DNA from: Candidatus Pacebacteria bacterium CG2_30_36_39 | GTDB lineage: Bacteria > Patescibacteriota > Microgenomatia > UBA1400 > PJMF01 | Assembly: GCA_001873435.1 (NCBI GenBank) | Contig: MNZB01000004.1 | Location: forward strand, 14,030-78,029 | Length of the DNA stretch: 64,000 nucleotides | Direction of reading: 5' to 3' | The notes under the pieces: model-generated | Seen by the model: only the letters and a program-made list of their open reading frames with translations | Database searches by the model: none | Told to the model about the DNA's origin: nothing | Made by a program: the position numbers and the translations under genes | Part shown: positions 29,552-40,322 of the stretch, piece after piece | Numbering within the stretch: the stretch's first letter is position 1 | Layout: every line of letters begins with the position of its first letter

Positions 29552-29875
29552 CTAGATTTTTCCTAAAAAAAGTAAGGCTAAAATTACAGCTGTAATAATT
29601 GCAAAGATGCCAACTGTTTTGGCAAAGAAATCAACTGCTTGCTTTTTCTTTCCTTCAATAAAAAGCTGAAGTGGTTGGTAAAAAAATAGAAATGCCATCA
29701 CTGCAACTGAGAGAGTAAGCATAAATAGCATCATGATTGGAGCAAAAAAGGTGTCTGGCTTATCTCTTAATGGCTGGGTTACCAAGGTCATGACCGTAAC
29801 AACTAAGATGATATATGCCGAGGCGCATAGGGCGTTGATAAGTGGTTTTTTAGTCATACTTTGATTATACGCCAA
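29552..29875 (-). CDS. small integral membrane protein
   Basis: 107 aa with three hydrophobic helices. Confidence 0.45.
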   Translation of the reverse strand: MAYNQSMTKKPLINALCASAYIILVVTVMTLVTQPLRDKPDTFFAPIMMLFMLTLSVAVMAFLFFYQPLQLFIEGKKKQAVDFFAKTVGIFAIITAVILALLFLGKI

Positions 29876-29910
29876 TACTCATTTGATATTTTGTTTGAGT
29901 AAAAAAAACG

Positions 29911-30717
29911 TTGATATATAATAGCAACCTCAAATATATGTCTATTACAAAAGATCAATTGCGATATGTAGCATTAGATGATCAGGGTGCTGGCAGATGT
30001 GGCATTGGAGAAGCAGCTCTTGGTCATTTTTTGGGTGAGAAAAACACTGATTCTCCACCTAGTTTGGTTAGTCCAAATCTATATTCAAATATTATTAGGG
30101 CTGGGGTGAGACCACCGGAGTCTGGAAGAGCAGATTTACATCCCCTAGTAACTGACTTAATAAGGAATCGGTTGGGTATTGAGTTTATTGATAAAAAAAT
30201 TCACTTGCTTCAAGAAGCTGATATTAGCGCAAATACAATTGTTTTGGTTTTAACTACTGAGCTAAATTCAATTCCAGATTATGTGTTGCAACAAGCCTAC
30301 GATGTACTTCATGCTCCAATTATGGATCCATTTCCAAATTTGGAAAATGATTTAGGATCAGTGGCTACTCAAATCTATTTTTATGCTTTGTTGCTTTCGT
30401 ATGTTGTTGAGAATCATTTTGAGGAGTTGGGAGTGTCTAGGGATGAGAATGGAAAAATACTTCCTCGTGCTTTATTGGGTTTTCATCCAAAAGAATGGGA
30501 ACAAGAGTTTTTTGCAGATGTATTTGGAAGGGGTTCATTTAGATTTCCAGCTTCAGGAATGATAGTTCCATTGGAGTCTCAAGGGGTTGGCGCTGAATTT
30601 GATTATACTTTGGGCAAAGTTCCGCCAGAGCAAAGGAGCAGATCTTTTTTTGAGGATGAATGGGGTGAGACTCCGTCCATGCTTAAGCCATACTCTGTTA
30701 TGTCTCAAAGGTTTTAG
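29911..30717 (+). CDS. hypothetical protein
   Basis: 268-aa ORF. No motif recognised. Confidence 0.4.
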   Translation: MIYNSNLKYMSITKDQLRYVALDDQGAGRCGIGEAALGHFLGEKNTDSPPSLVSPNLYSNIIRAGVRPPESGRADLHPLVTDLIRNRLGIEFIDKKIHLLQEADISANTIVLVLTTELNSIPDYVLQQAYDVLHAPIMDPFPNLENDLGSVATQIYFYALLLSYVVENHFEELGVSRDENGKILPRALLGFHPKEWEQEFFADVFGRGSFRFPASGMIVPLESQGVGAEFDYTLGKVPPEQRSRSFFEDEWGETPSMLKPYSVMSQRF

Positions 30718-30800
30718 GTCGGTTTAATAAATAAAATATTTTTGGTAATTTTTAAAGTTAAATAATATTAATTCATTTTCTAAGGTAGAATTACTCTCTT

Positions 30801-32423
30801 ATGTTGCTTGATGCTTCTAATCTATCAAAATCAATTGGTGCAAAATATCTTTTTAAAGATATTTCATTTAGTATTACTCCTGGAAAGAAGGTTGCTTTAA
30901 TTGGTAGGAATGGGAATGGAAAGACTACTCTCCTGAAAATATTGAATAATGAAGATCATGATTTTGAGGGAAACATAATTACTGCCAAAGGGATTAGGAT
31001 TACTTTAACAAAGCAAGAACATATTCACAATTTAGATCAGTCTCCCCTTGATTATGTTATTAGTAGTGTCCCCAATTATTTTGAGTACAAAAAGATTATA
31101 GAGGACTATGAAAATGGTCTTGGCACAGATCTTAATAGGTATCTAAAAATATTGGAGTATTTTACAGAAAAAAAATTATTTAATCTTCCAGAGGCAGTGC
31201 TTAGTACTTTGTCTGACTTTAATATTCCACTTGAGTCTTCTCATCAGCCATTAGGGAATCTTTCTGGTGGTCAAAAACGATATGTGGAGATGACTCGCCT
31301 GATGTTCTCACAATCAGATTTGTTGTTGATTGATGAGCCTACCAATCATTTGGATTATCTTGGTAAGGAACGTTTCATTTCTTGGATGAGGGGTCTTAAG
31401 CAGACTGTTGTTGTTGTGACTCATGACAGGGATGTTCTTAGGTATGTTAATAAGATTTATGAGATAAAAGATAAGAGGCTTGAGACTTTTAATGGAAATT
31501 ACGATCACTATATTTCTAGGAATTCTTCAGAAACACTAAGTTCTGTTAAGGACTATACCAATCAGCTAAATCGGTTGAAGGAAGCAAAGAAAAAAGTGGA
31601 ATGGGGTTTGCAGATGCGTGCTAAAAGTAAGGCTTGGAAGACTCGCTACGATCATTGGTCGAAGGATTATGAAAAGATTAAGGCTGAGACTGTTAAACCT
31701 TCTTTTTGGATTGATCAGAGTTCTGTTGAGAATCTCGATAAAAAGGTTGTTGATTCTTATGATAAGTATAAGGAGAAGAATATTAAGATTAATATGGTTA
31801 CCCAGAGAGAGCGTGGTGCTGGGAGGTTGATGATTAGAGATTTGTCGTTGGGTTATGATAGGCCGATTTTTTCTGGTTTAAATTTTTCTTTAAGAGACAA
31901 TGATCGTGTTTTGATTAAGGGTGTGAATGGGGCTGGGAAAAGTTCTTTGGTTAAGACAATTTTGTCTTTAGCTAAAAATGAGGTGCCTGTGGCTAGTATT
32001 TTCCAAGGTCAGATTGTTCTTTCAGATCATGTTAGGATTGGTGAGTATCAGCAGGAGATAGATAAGAGATATTTGTCATTGCCTTTGGCAGAGGCTGTTA
32101 GATCTGCTTATCAAGAGAAAAATGTGTTGATAGCAGAGCAAGAAATAAAGAGTTTGTTGGCTCAGTATTTGTTTAATCCGACTTTGGATTCTCAGCAGTT
32201 GATAATGAATTTGTCTGGTGGGCAAAAGGCTCGTTTTCAAATAATTAAGATGTTGGTTGATAAGCCTAATTTATTGATTCTTGATGAGCCAACTAACCAT
32301 TTGGATTTGCCTTCTATTGAGGAGTTGGAGAATGCTTTGGTTAAGTTTGAAGGTTCTATTCTTTATATTTCGCATGATACTTATTTTATTAAAAAAATAG
32401 GCGGGAAGATGGTTGAGATATAG
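30801..32423 (+). CDS. ABC-F family ATPase (two tandem ABC domains, no transmembrane domain)
   Basis: Walker A GRNGNGKTT and GVNGAGKSS, signatures LSGGQKRYVE and LSGGQKARFQ, Walker B LLLIDEPTNHLD and LLILDEPTNHLD. Confidence 0.9.
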   Translation: MLLDASNLSKSIGAKYLFKDISFSITPGKKVALIGRNGNGKTTLLKILNNEDHDFEGNIITAKGIRITLTKQEHIHNLDQSPLDYVISSVPNYFEYKKIIEDYENGLGTDLNRYLKILEYFTEKKLFNLPEAVLSTLSDFNIPLESSHQPLGNLSGGQKRYVEMTRLMFSQSDLLLIDEPTNHLDYLGKERFISWMRGLKQTVVVVTHDRDVLRYVNKIYEIKDKRLETFNGNYDHYISRNSSETLSSVKDYTNQLNRLKEAKKKVEWGLQMRAKSKAWKTRYDHWSKDYEKIKAETVKPSFWIDQSSVENLDKKVVDSYDKYKEKNIKINMVTQRERGAGRLMIRDLSLGYDRPIFSGLNFSLRDNDRVLIKGVNGAGKSSLVKTILSLAKNEVPVASIFQGQIVLSDHVRIGEYQQEIDKRYLSLPLAEAVRSAYQEKNVLIAEQEIKSLLAQYLFNPTLDSQQLIMNLSGGQKARFQIIKMLVDKPNLLILDEPTNHLDLPSIEELENALVKFEGSILYISHDTYFIKKIGGKMVEI

Positions 32424-32461
32424 ATTAAGTATAAATAACAAATTTATAACTTACTTTTCTT

Positions 32462-33148
32462 TTAATTATTGATATTTGAGAAATCCCTTTTTAAATGCTC
32501 TGGGAAATTAGGAATCTGTCTCCAAACTGTCCACTGACCCTCTGGATCATCCAATTTAATCGGACGTTTTTTAATAAAAGTTGTTATCTTATCAAGTTCA
32601 AATTTCCATTTAACATGCTGAATTACATCGCTGCCAATGTCTTTACTTCCGTCTCCACTTAAACGACATTTGTTAACTCTGCAATCATTTGGAACAATAT
32701 CTAAAATATCTTGAGCCATTTGTTCTGCTCTAAGATTATAAAAAAGCGTCGTAAGATTATTGATCTTATTTTCTTTATTTATAATTACGTGCATCCTCAT
32801 TTCTCCATCAGCAAATATTTCAACGCCTTCCAATAGCTGGAGTAGTTCTCCATGGTTGCTTACCCCAAAACCCATCCAGCCCCTCCCTTCATATTCAACA
32901 ACACAGATTCTATCACTGGCTCTAGCAATTCGTTGCCACTCCTCAGCTGTTATTTTACTTCCAGGACCATAAATCTTAACTTCTTTAGAGAACTCACTAG
33001 AAAGTGGTATTTCAAATTGAAGCTCTAAGCCATTTTGAGAAGAACTTACTAGTTTTGCATCATTAGATCCTTCTGGAACAATAAAACCCTGTTCAGCTTT
33101 GGTGTCTCTCATGTTTTGTGTTTCTTCAGGAGCCGTTGTTTCTAACAT
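32462..33148 (-). CDS. hypothetical protein
   Basis: 228-aa ORF. No motif recognised. Confidence 0.4.
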   Translation of the reverse strand: MLETTAPEETQNMRDTKAEQGFIVPEGSNDAKLVSSSQNGLELQFEIPLSSEFSKEVKIYGPGSKITAEEWQRIARASDRICVVEYEGRGWMGFGVSNHGELLQLLEGVEIFADGEMRMHVIINKENKINNLTTLFYNLRAEQMAQDILDIVPNDCRVNKCRLSGDGSKDIGSDVIQHVKWKFELDKITTFIKKRPIKLDDPEGQWTVWRQIPNFPEHLKRDFSNINN

Positions 33149-33273
33149 ATGAAGAACACTATCTCAAATATTAGTAATAAAAAGCAACTAGAAAGAAAAT
33201 GATGGTTATAAGATAAAAATATCTATTAGCCACGACAGAATCAAGGAGAATAACAATAATTGATAAAACAATT

Positions 33274-33924
33274 TTATGGTTGGATATAAGCAAAATATTT
33301 AACAGCTATTAAATTTAGATCATTATCAACTAACCAATTAGTAAACATATCAGTTGAACTATTTGGTTTGACCAAAACATTAAAAAGTCTGGTCTTGCTA
33401 TTGTATTCTAATTTAAAAGACTCTGTTTCGACAGGCGCTATGCGTCTGAGCTCCCAAATTTGATCCCACATCATCATTTCTTCAGCTGTTGTGCCAAACC
33501 CAAGGATTGCTCCTGTTGAAATGGGTAGTGCTGGAGTAGGTGTTGCAATGCTGGTCGGTTGTACAGTGGGAATAGCAGTTGGAACAGCGGTTGGAGTTAG
33601 TGCTGGTGTTGGTGTAATGGTCGGAACAACAGTTTGCACCGTTACAATCGCTAATGTTGGAGTAACTACATTTATGGGAGTTGGGGTAATCACAGAAATG
33701 GTTGGGGTAGCTTCTAGGTTTTTAGAATTGACCAAAAGTGTGGATAACTTGCCGCCTTCTATATTATTTTTTTGTGGTTTATCAAGAATTGATAATTCAA
33801 TTTCTTTTTCAGTATCTTGTGGTTGGTCTGGCTTTTTTTCAAACACAAAATAAATAAACAATAATGTAGTAATAATTGCGCATGAAATAATTAAAAATAG
33901 TCCTAGTTTTTTTTGATTATTCAT
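33274..33924 (-). CDS. membrane-anchored/secreted protein with Thr/Pro-rich low-complexity linker
   Basis: N-terminal hydrophobic anchor. About 80 aa of TPT/PTP/AIPT repeats. Confidence 0.5.
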   Translation of the reverse strand: MNNQKKLGLFLIISCAIITTLLFIYFVFEKKPDQPQDTEKEIELSILDKPQKNNIEGGKLSTLLVNSKNLEATPTISVITPTPINVVTPTLAIVTVQTVVPTITPTPALTPTAVPTAIPTVQPTSIATPTPALPISTGAILGFGTTAEEMMMWDQIWELRRIAPVETESFKLEYNSKTRLFNVLVKPNSSTDMFTNWLVDNDLNLIAVKYFAYIQP

Positions 33925-33925
33925 T

Positions 33926-35035
33926 TTAAATACTATCAGCTCCTTGCGATGGAGGTACTACAACATAAACATCATTCTTTTGATTGCCCAAATCAAAACT
34001 GTAAGTTACGTTGTCTTTGCCAAGACAGTCATAGCCTTGAGAGTTGTTTCCCTTTGAAACGCATTCATCAATGCCAAAGTATGAGTCAACTACTTCAATT
34101 TTAGTTTGTGATGGTGATCCGTCTGGATTAAATTGGATAGGCGTTATATCAGTAATAGCAATGTAATGTGCAACACCGCCATTTGCCCCAAAGTTAGTTC
34201 CAACAAATAGTACTTCTCCATTTTCCAATAATTCTTCGCCTCTCCAAATGAGGTTGTTGTTGGTTGGTTCAAAAGTATAACCTAATTGATTTAATACTGA
34301 TTCATTCTTAAGAATATTTGTATCTTGATTGAAATATTCTCCATTTTCAAAATAATACTCACCATAATAAGTTTCTAAAAATGCTACTGGATTAATATTT
34401 GGGTTTTGTTGTTGAGCAATATATAAGGCTACCATAGCTCCACAGCTATGGTTCTCTGTCCATTCAGATCCCCACAATGGACTTGTTTGGTCAGGAACAC
34501 ACTTGCCTTCAACAGCCATAAAGGGTGCGACACAGTTTCCTGATGAGATGCCAGTGATTGTCGGAAGAACATAGGTGGTGGGGTTTGGTGAAACACTAGT
34601 GATGTCCACTGTCGTATCACTATTTCCTAAAACAGTTTGCTTGATTAGATTGGCCTGTTCTACTGGTACTAAAGAGCTAAAGCCTAAATCATTGTATTCT
34701 CCAGGCACTACCATATGAGTTCCACCTGGAAGAACTTCCCAATCTAAATAACAAACATTATTTACCCAAGCCCCTTTACCAGCACAGTTGCCTTGGGTTG
34801 TTGGTCTATTAAGATTTTCTTGATTGCCTAAATAAACGTTGTCTGTTGCTTGTTGACGTATGTCCTGATTTTTATTTAGCAATAAGATTGCAGTAATAAA
34901 AGAGGTTATGATAAATAAAAAGGAAAATACACCAAATATTATTTTTTTATTTAAGTTTAAATCACGAATATTTTCTTCTTCTTGATAAGAAGATGGGTTG
35001 GATCGATGGTCATTAGCTATTTGTGAATCAGGCAT
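33926..35035 (-). CDS. membrane-anchored extracytoplasmic C39-like peptidase domain protein
   Basis: N-terminal TM helix. Cys block NHSCGAMVALYIAQ and His block GVAHYIAITDI...VVDSYFG. Possibly co-transcribed with 33274..33924. Confidence 0.55.
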   Translation of the reverse strand: MPDSQIANDHRSNPSSYQEEENIRDLNLNKKIIFGVFSFLFIITSFITAILLLNKNQDIRQQATDNVYLGNQENLNRPTTQGNCAGKGAWVNNVCYLDWEVLPGGTHMVVPGEYNDLGFSSLVPVEQANLIKQTVLGNSDTTVDITSVSPNPTTYVLPTITGISSGNCVAPFMAVEGKCVPDQTSPLWGSEWTENHSCGAMVALYIAQQQNPNINPVAFLETYYGEYYFENGEYFNQDTNILKNESVLNQLGYTFEPTNNNLIWRGEELLENGEVLFVGTNFGANGGVAHYIAITDITPIQFNPDGSPSQTKIEVVDSYFGIDECVSKGNNSQGYDCLGKDNVTYSFDLGNQKNDVYVVVPPSQGADSI

Positions 35036-35133
35036 GGTTAAAGCAAATTAATTCTATAGAAAAAGTAAATTAAGAGCAATGATAATAATAGTTTGTCAAA
35101 AAATAAAAAGCGATGAGTTTGAGTAAGAAATGG

Positions 35134-35208
35134 ATGGCTCCCCCGGTAGGATTCGAACCTACAACCTTGTCGTTAACAGCGACCTGCTCTGCCATTGAGC
35201 TACAGGGG
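35134..35208 (-). tRNA. tRNA-Asn (anticodon GTT), CCA encoded
   Basis: Minus strand TCCCCTGTAGCTCAATGGCAGAGCAGGTCGCTGTTAACGACAAGGTTGTAGGTTCGAATCCTACCGGGGGAGCCA. 7-bp acceptor stem, anticodon loop CTGTTAA, T-loop GGTTCGAATCC. Confidence 0.85.
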
Positions 35209-35235
35209 ATTATATAAAGAACCTCAGTATTATAT

Positions 35236-36552
35236 CTATTCTAAGAAGTCTTGCAACTTCTTTCTGCGAGAAGGATGCTTAAGCTTTCTAAGAGCCTTAG
35301 CCTCAATTTGACGAATACGCTCACGAGTCACACCAAACTTCTTGCCCACCTCTTCAAGAGTCATAGTCTTATTACCCTGCAAACCAAAACGCATCTTCAA
35401 AACCTTGGCCTCACGATCTGACAAAGCACTAAGCACTTCCTCAATATTCTCACGCAACATCTGCTTACTAGTAGACTCATATGGAGAGATCTGCTTATCA
35501 TCAGCAATAAAATCACCCAAAATACTATCATCCTCACCATCACCCACTGGAGTCTCAAGAGAAGTAGTATTTTGTGAAATCTTTAGAATCTCACGAACCT
35601 TATCAGGCTCCATCTCCATCTTCTCACCAATCTCCTCGGGACTTGGCTCACGACCAAGATCTTGCATCAATCTTCTAGAAGTCCTCATCAACTTATTAAT
35701 GGTCTCAACCATATGAACTGGAATACGAATAGTTCTAGCCTGATCAGCAATAGAACGAGTAATAGCCTGACGAATCCACCAAGTAGCATAAGTAGAAAAC
35801 TTAAAACCCTTAGTCCAATCAAACTTCTCCACAGCACGAATCAAACCCTTATTACCCTCCTGAATCAAATCAAGAAAAGTCATACCACGACCAATATATT
35901 TCTTAGCAATAGAAACCACCAAACGCAAATTAGCATCAATCAACTGCTGCTTTGCCTCTGCACTACCAGCCTCAACTTCCTGAGCCAAACGAATTTCTTG
36001 CTCACGATTCAACAAAGGAATACGTCCAATTTCTTTCAAGTACATACGAACAGGATCTGCCACACCAGTACTCTTCATGCTACTAAGCATGTCTAGCTCT
36101 TGTTGTAACTCACCATCAACAACCTCTTCTTTTTCCTCAGAAACAGCCTCAAAAACATCGATATCAGCAACTACAATTTGATCGTAAAAATCATCAATCT
36201 GCTCTAAATAAAGTTCTGGCTCAACAAAAACATCAAGAATCTCTTCTTGAGTAACATAACCCTGTTTCTTAGCCTTAATAAACAAAGCATCAACCTGCTC
36301 TTGAGTTCTAGCAGGCAACTTCTTTTCTTCTTGTTGAGGACGAATCACAAAAGGCAAATCATTAGCAGCAGCCCTAACCTCTTCTTTAGTAGCAGGAGCC
36401 TGTTCTTCGATCTGCTCTGCCTGAAGCCTTGCCTCTTCTACCAATTTTTTACTAATCTTAGTTTTCTTGACTACTTCAGCAACCTTCTTAGGTTTTTTAG
36501 CTGCTTTATCAATATCTTTTTTATTAGTTTTGGGAGAAGATTTTGCGGTCAT
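35236..36552 (-). CDS. rpoD: RNA polymerase sigma-70 factor RpoD
   Basis: Regions 2 to 4 ([27 protein letters not shown], -35 recognition HTH near the C-terminus). Start taken at MTAKSS (36552). The longer ORF-track N-terminus is hydrophobic and is probably upstream read-through. Confidence 0.9.
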   Translation of the reverse strand: MTAKSSPKTNKKDIDKAAKKPKKVAEVVKKTKISKKLVEEARLQAEQIEEQAPATKEEVRAAANDLPFVIRPQQEEKKLPARTQEQVDALFIKAKKQGYVTQEEILDVFVEPELYLEQIDDFYDQIVVADIDVFEAVSEEKEEVVDGELQQELDMLSSMKSTGVADPVRMYLKEIGRIPLLNREQEIRLAQEVEAGSAEAKQQLIDANLRLVVSIAKKYIGRGMTFLDLIQEGNKGLIRAVEKFDWTKGFKFSTYATWWIRQAITRSIADQARTIRIPVHMVETINKLMRTSRRLMQDLGREPSPEEIGEKMEMEPDKVREILKISQNTTSLETPVGDGEDDSILGDFIADDKQISPYESTSKQMLRENIEEVLSALSDREAKVLKMRFGLQGNKTMTLEEVGKKFGVTRERIRQIEAKALRKLKHPSRRKKLQDFLE

Positions 36553-36605
36553 GAGATGTATAATTATACACATAAAAATCAATAGCGCCAGACTAAAAAT
36601 AGATA

Positions 36606-37613
36606 TTGTCAAATTCCCACAGAAACAGCCATATATACTTGTTTTTAATAACAAAACTACTGTTTAATAGACAAGTGCTAAAAAAAATCTGGTCACTTAT
36701 TCACCAACACGAACTACTCATTGGATTAACAGGATTTATTCTTAGCTTCCTCTACTATTGGTATAACCCAAACAAACCAATAACCTTATCTCACGCCATC
36801 CCTGGCCTTATCAATTGGTTCTGCGTCTTCCTCATCGGAGATTGGACCAACAGAATCCTAGGAGAAGGCTATGTTCTACCTCGTTATTGGCGCCAATACT
36901 TTAACTTTAAAGAAATTGTCTTAGCCAGCTTTATCATGAACCTCATCTCCGACATCACCGGCTCATGGCTCTTAAAACTCTGGTACTACCCACTATTCGA
37001 CAACCCATTACTCTACCTGCTCATTTTGGCCCCACTAGGCTATGTCCTCTTTGGCTTCATCCTTTATGTATTCTATCGAGCCATCAAACATCACTTTGAT
37101 TTTGCCATGAAAAAAGGTAGACTAAAAAAATCTCAACACCTTCTCTTTAAATTTTTAATTCATCTACAACTAATAGCAGGAATAATAGGCTTTGCTCTTA
37201 GCACCCAATACTATTACAACTTTGTGCAAAACAACCAAATTATTTGGTCAGCCTTCCACCAACCAATTAATGCTCCAGTACAAATCCAGTTCTTCATCAT
37301 GCTTTGGTTTAGTCTTTTCTGGATCTTCGAATACCTATGTTATAGAAACAAAAAAGAAACCCTAACCAGAGACCTAATAAGGGGAAATTGGTTACCAATC
37401 TGGGCAATCCTAGTTTCAAGCGCAGTCTGCATCAGCCTAGTAGAATTTGTAAACGCCCCATTCCAAATCTGGATTTTCACCAACTGGCCCTTCCAGGCAG
37501 CCAACTTCTTACACATCCCATTAGTAGCCTACTTAGTTTGGCCAACCCAATACCTACTGCTCCTATCCCTAATCAGACTCTTTGATAAAAATAATAGTGA
37601 AAACGTTTGGTAA
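36606..37613 (+). CDS. polytopic integral membrane protein, function unknown
   Basis: Many aromatic-rich TM segments. The track start is TTG. A downstream GTG (MLKKIW...) is an alternative start. Confidence 0.5.
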   Translation: MSNSHRNSHIYLFLITKLLFNRQVLKKIWSLIHQHELLIGLTGFILSFLYYWYNPNKPITLSHAIPGLINWFCVFLIGDWTNRILGEGYVLPRYWRQYFNFKEIVLASFIMNLISDITGSWLLKLWYYPLFDNPLLYLLILAPLGYVLFGFILYVFYRAIKHHFDFAMKKGRLKKSQHLLFKFLIHLQLIAGIIGFALSTQYYYNFVQNNQIIWSAFHQPINAPVQIQFFIMLWFSLFWIFEYLCYRNKKETLTRDLIRGNWLPIWAILVSSAVCISLVEFVNAPFQIWIFTNWPFQAANFLHIPLVAYLVWPTQYLLLLSLIRLFDKNNSENVW

Positions 37614-38393
37614 TTAACGAACTAAAGACCAATCCATAGTAGGAGTTAAAATCTCAGCATTCTTCTTACCAACCAAAACCATATACTCAAACATCACAGA
37701 ATTAGAACCATCCTTAGTTCTAACAGACCAACCATCTTGATCAGTGTAAAGATCGTTATCTCCAGCAATCACCTGAGCCTCCACACAAATCACCATACCC
37801 TCTTTAAGCTTTTGACCACGCCCTGGATCACCCCAAGCTGGAATCTGTGGCTCATCATGAAGAGTATGGCCAATACCATGACCAACATATTGCTCTGCCA
37901 CAGTAAAACCTTGCTCAAGACAAGTACTTTCCATTGCATCACCCAAATCTCCAGTAGTCTTACCCACCTTAGCCATACGAGCAGCCTTCAAAACAGCTGC
38001 CTTACCAGTTTCCATCAACAACTTATCTCCTACTGACAAATAATCTCCAATTACAACCGTAAAACAATGGTCAGTGTTATAACCATCTTTTTCCAAACCA
38101 AAATCCACTTTCACCAAATCACCTTTTTTCAAAGGAACATCCTTAGGCACACCATGAACCACCGTATCATTAACAGCAATACAAGTTGCATGTTTAAAAG
38201 GATTACGAGGACCACCTACACCAATAAAATTAGGTCTAACACCTGCTCCTGCACATAACTTTCTAGCCAAAGCATCGATCTCCAACGAAGTAACCCCTTC
38301 TTTAGTAAATTGATGGAGCTGCTTCAAGATCCCTGTCGATAAAAGACAGATCTCTTTATATTGATTAATTTCTGCTGGTGAACGCAAGATCAT
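37614..38393 (-). CDS. map: methionine aminopeptidase type I
   Basis: Pita-bread fold motifs (VCHGIP-like VVHGVP, HGIGHTLHDEPQIPAWG, metal ligands D/D/H/E/E). Confidence 0.9.
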   Translation of the reverse strand: MILRSPAEINQYKEICLLSTGILKQLHQFTKEGVTSLEIDALARKLCAGAGVRPNFIGVGGPRNPFKHATCIAVNDTVVHGVPKDVPLKKGDLVKVDFGLEKDGYNTDHCFTVVIGDYLSVGDKLLMETGKAAVLKAARMAKVGKTTGDLGDAMESTCLEQGFTVAEQYVGHGIGHTLHDEPQIPAWGDPGRGQKLKEGMVICVEAQVIAGDNDLYTDQDGWSVRTKDGSNSVMFEYMVLVGKKNAEILTPTMDWSLVR

Positions 38394-38402
38394 AAAGGTA
38401 TT

Positions 38403-39614
38403 TTACACCGTAAACATACCATCACGGTAAATAACCTTACTAGAACCATCCGCTAGGTATGCTGTAACAACCCGATCAGTAGTAGAAACCATATCTGTGT
38501 GTTCTGCAGAATTATTATATCCAAGCTCCTGCCATTCAACATCAGTTAATTTACTAGGATCTTCTAAGAAACAATCACGATAAGAATTACCAATAGCCAC
38601 ATGAGTATTGCCAAAAGGACCACCGATATTCTCATCAAACAAAGTCTCAGCCATAATATGAGTAATGCGAGAAGTACGTTTGTCTGTTAAAGAAAACTCA
38701 CCCAACTTATCAGCATTATTACTCTTTAACATCTCTTGTAAAAACTCATTACCCCTCTTGGCTGAAGCACTAACCACATGACCACGCTCAAATTTCATAG
38801 AAATATTATTCACAATATGACCATAACGATAGAGAGGTTGATTAAAATTCACCCAACCCTCTGTTCCACGCCAATCTGGAGAAGTAAAAATTTCAAAACT
38901 AGGAATATTACGTCCTTCACCACCCTTCCACTTACGTTTTTCACCAATCCTCACTCGCAAATCAATATCATCACCTTTAACAGTGACATACTCAATTTTC
39001 ATATCATCCAAAGCATGTTTAACTCTCTTTTGAAACTGAGCGATATTGCGCCATTCCTGAATTGGATCTGCCTTATCAAGGTAGCAAGCTTGAATAATTT
39101 GATCCCAATAATCTTCTAAACTCAAACCCACTTCCTTAGCCTTAGCCTCTACACCCCACAAGCCAATAGTCCAGGTATATTTACCAGCTTGTTCTTTGGC
39201 ATCCAACCAATCACGCAAAGCCTTTTTTGAATCACGAGCAGTAATGATTTTCTTAGGATTAACCCCAGCAAGCTCATCGGGATCTGGATCGGCTAAAATA
39301 CCCAAAGTATGGTCTATTAACTCCACTTGATTCTGATGATATTTTTTAGGAAAAAAACTCAATTGATCCTCATTAGCCAAGTTATAGAAATCGCGATCAA
39401 AACCAGTAGGTAAAAACTTCATCATTGGATGAGCACCTGCCTTTAACACCGCATTTTGCAATTCCAAACCAAGAGCCTTAGCAACATCTGGAACCACCAA
39501 TCTAACTACTTCTCCCGACTTAACTCCATTCCCAGAATTAAGCGCAAAATTTACTAATAAATCAGCATATTTCCTCAATATTTCCTGTGATAAAAATGGT
39601 GGTTTTGCAAACAT
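38403..39614 (-). CDS. M29-family aminopeptidase (AmpS/PepS-like)
   Basis: N-terminal LLVNFALNSGNGVKSGEVVRLVVPD and overall Peptidase_M29 architecture. 10-nt gap to map, so an aminopeptidase operon. Confidence 0.75.
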   Translation of the reverse strand: MFAKPPFLSQEILRKYADLLVNFALNSGNGVKSGEVVRLVVPDVAKALGLELQNAVLKAGAHPMMKFLPTGFDRDFYNLANEDQLSFFPKKYHQNQVELIDHTLGILADPDPDELAGVNPKKIITARDSKKALRDWLDAKEQAGKYTWTIGLWGVEAKAKEVGLSLEDYWDQIIQACYLDKADPIQEWRNIAQFQKRVKHALDDMKIEYVTVKGDDIDLRVRIGEKRKWKGGEGRNIPSFEIFTSPDWRGTEGWVNFNQPLYRYGHIVNNISMKFERGHVVSASAKRGNEFLQEMLKSNNADKLGEFSLTDKRTSRITHIMAETLFDENIGGPFGNTHVAIGNSYRDCFLEDPSKLTDVEWQELGYNNSAEHTDMVSTTDRVVTAYLADGSSKVIYRDGMFTV

Positions 39615-39707
39615 TACTAACCTCTCTCGTGTGTTACACTATGGCAGGGATTTTACCACGTAACAACCTAGAAAAAATGTAGTCATTTATACTAGAAAGA
39701 TCAGCAA

Positions 39708-40322
39708 ATGACCTCTGTCAAAAATATTTTTCAACCAACAACAGAAAATGAAATAGCTCCAGGCATTCATCGCACTAGCATTGATGGCCTCTTATATATT
39801 CAAAACAAACAATTCATTGACGATCGTGGCTTCTTTGCTGATATCACCGGATTAAAAAATCTAGAAAAAATTATTGGCAAACGCATGGAAATTAAACAGC
39901 TAAACCTAGCCTATTCACATACCAATGTCATTCGTGGCCTACATGCAGAGGGCTGGAACAAACTAGTAACCACATTTACTGGTAAAGCCTTTTCTGCTCT
40001 CGCAGATATACGTCAAACCTCACCAACTTTTGGCAAAGTAGAATACTTTATGTTTGAACCAGAACCAAATAAAGACCTCAGAACTAGTCTCTATGTACCA
40101 ATGGGTGTTGCTAATTCTGTTTGTGTCATTGAAGGCCCAGTATTTTACCATTACGCAGTCGATGCTTTTTATGATGAGCGAGACGTTTCTGGAGACAAAG
40201 CTCTTTCTTTATTTGACCCAGATCTTGCTATTGAATGGCCAATTCCTCGTGAACAAATGATTTTATCTCAAAGAGATGTAGATAGTTTGAGCCTCAAGGA
40301 AATGATTGCTCAAAAAAACTAA
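39708..40322 (+). CDS. rfbC: dTDP-4-dehydrorhamnose 3,5-epimerase (RmlC cupin)
   Basis: FIDDRGFF, RGLHAEGW, and the His/Tyr catalytic pair YHYAVDAFYD. Confidence 0.8.
   Translation: MTSVKNIFQPTTENEIAPGIHRTSIDGLLYIQNKQFIDDRGFFADITGLKNLEKIIGKRMEIKQLNLAYSHTNVIRGLHAEGWNKLVTTFTGKAFSALADIRQTSPTFGKVEYFMFEPEPNKDLRTSLYVPMGVANSVCVIEGPVFYHYAVDAFYDERDVSGDKALSLFDPDLAIEWPIPREQMILSQRDVDSLSLKEMIAQKN

Noticed and set aside
33491-33853. Apparent DNA-level repetitiveness and a 120-aa plus-strand ORF. Considered as a CRISPR/tandem repeat
   Set aside because: The periodicity comes from Thr/Pro/Val codon repeats of the minus-strand low-complexity protein. There is no repeat-spacer structure.
35342-36096. Plus-strand ORFs (124 and 144 aa) antisense to rpoD, and 36247..36667 ORFs
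   Set aside because: They are antisense to the conserved sigma-70 gene and its low-complexity N-terminal region. Their composition is Ser/Leu-rich and implausible.
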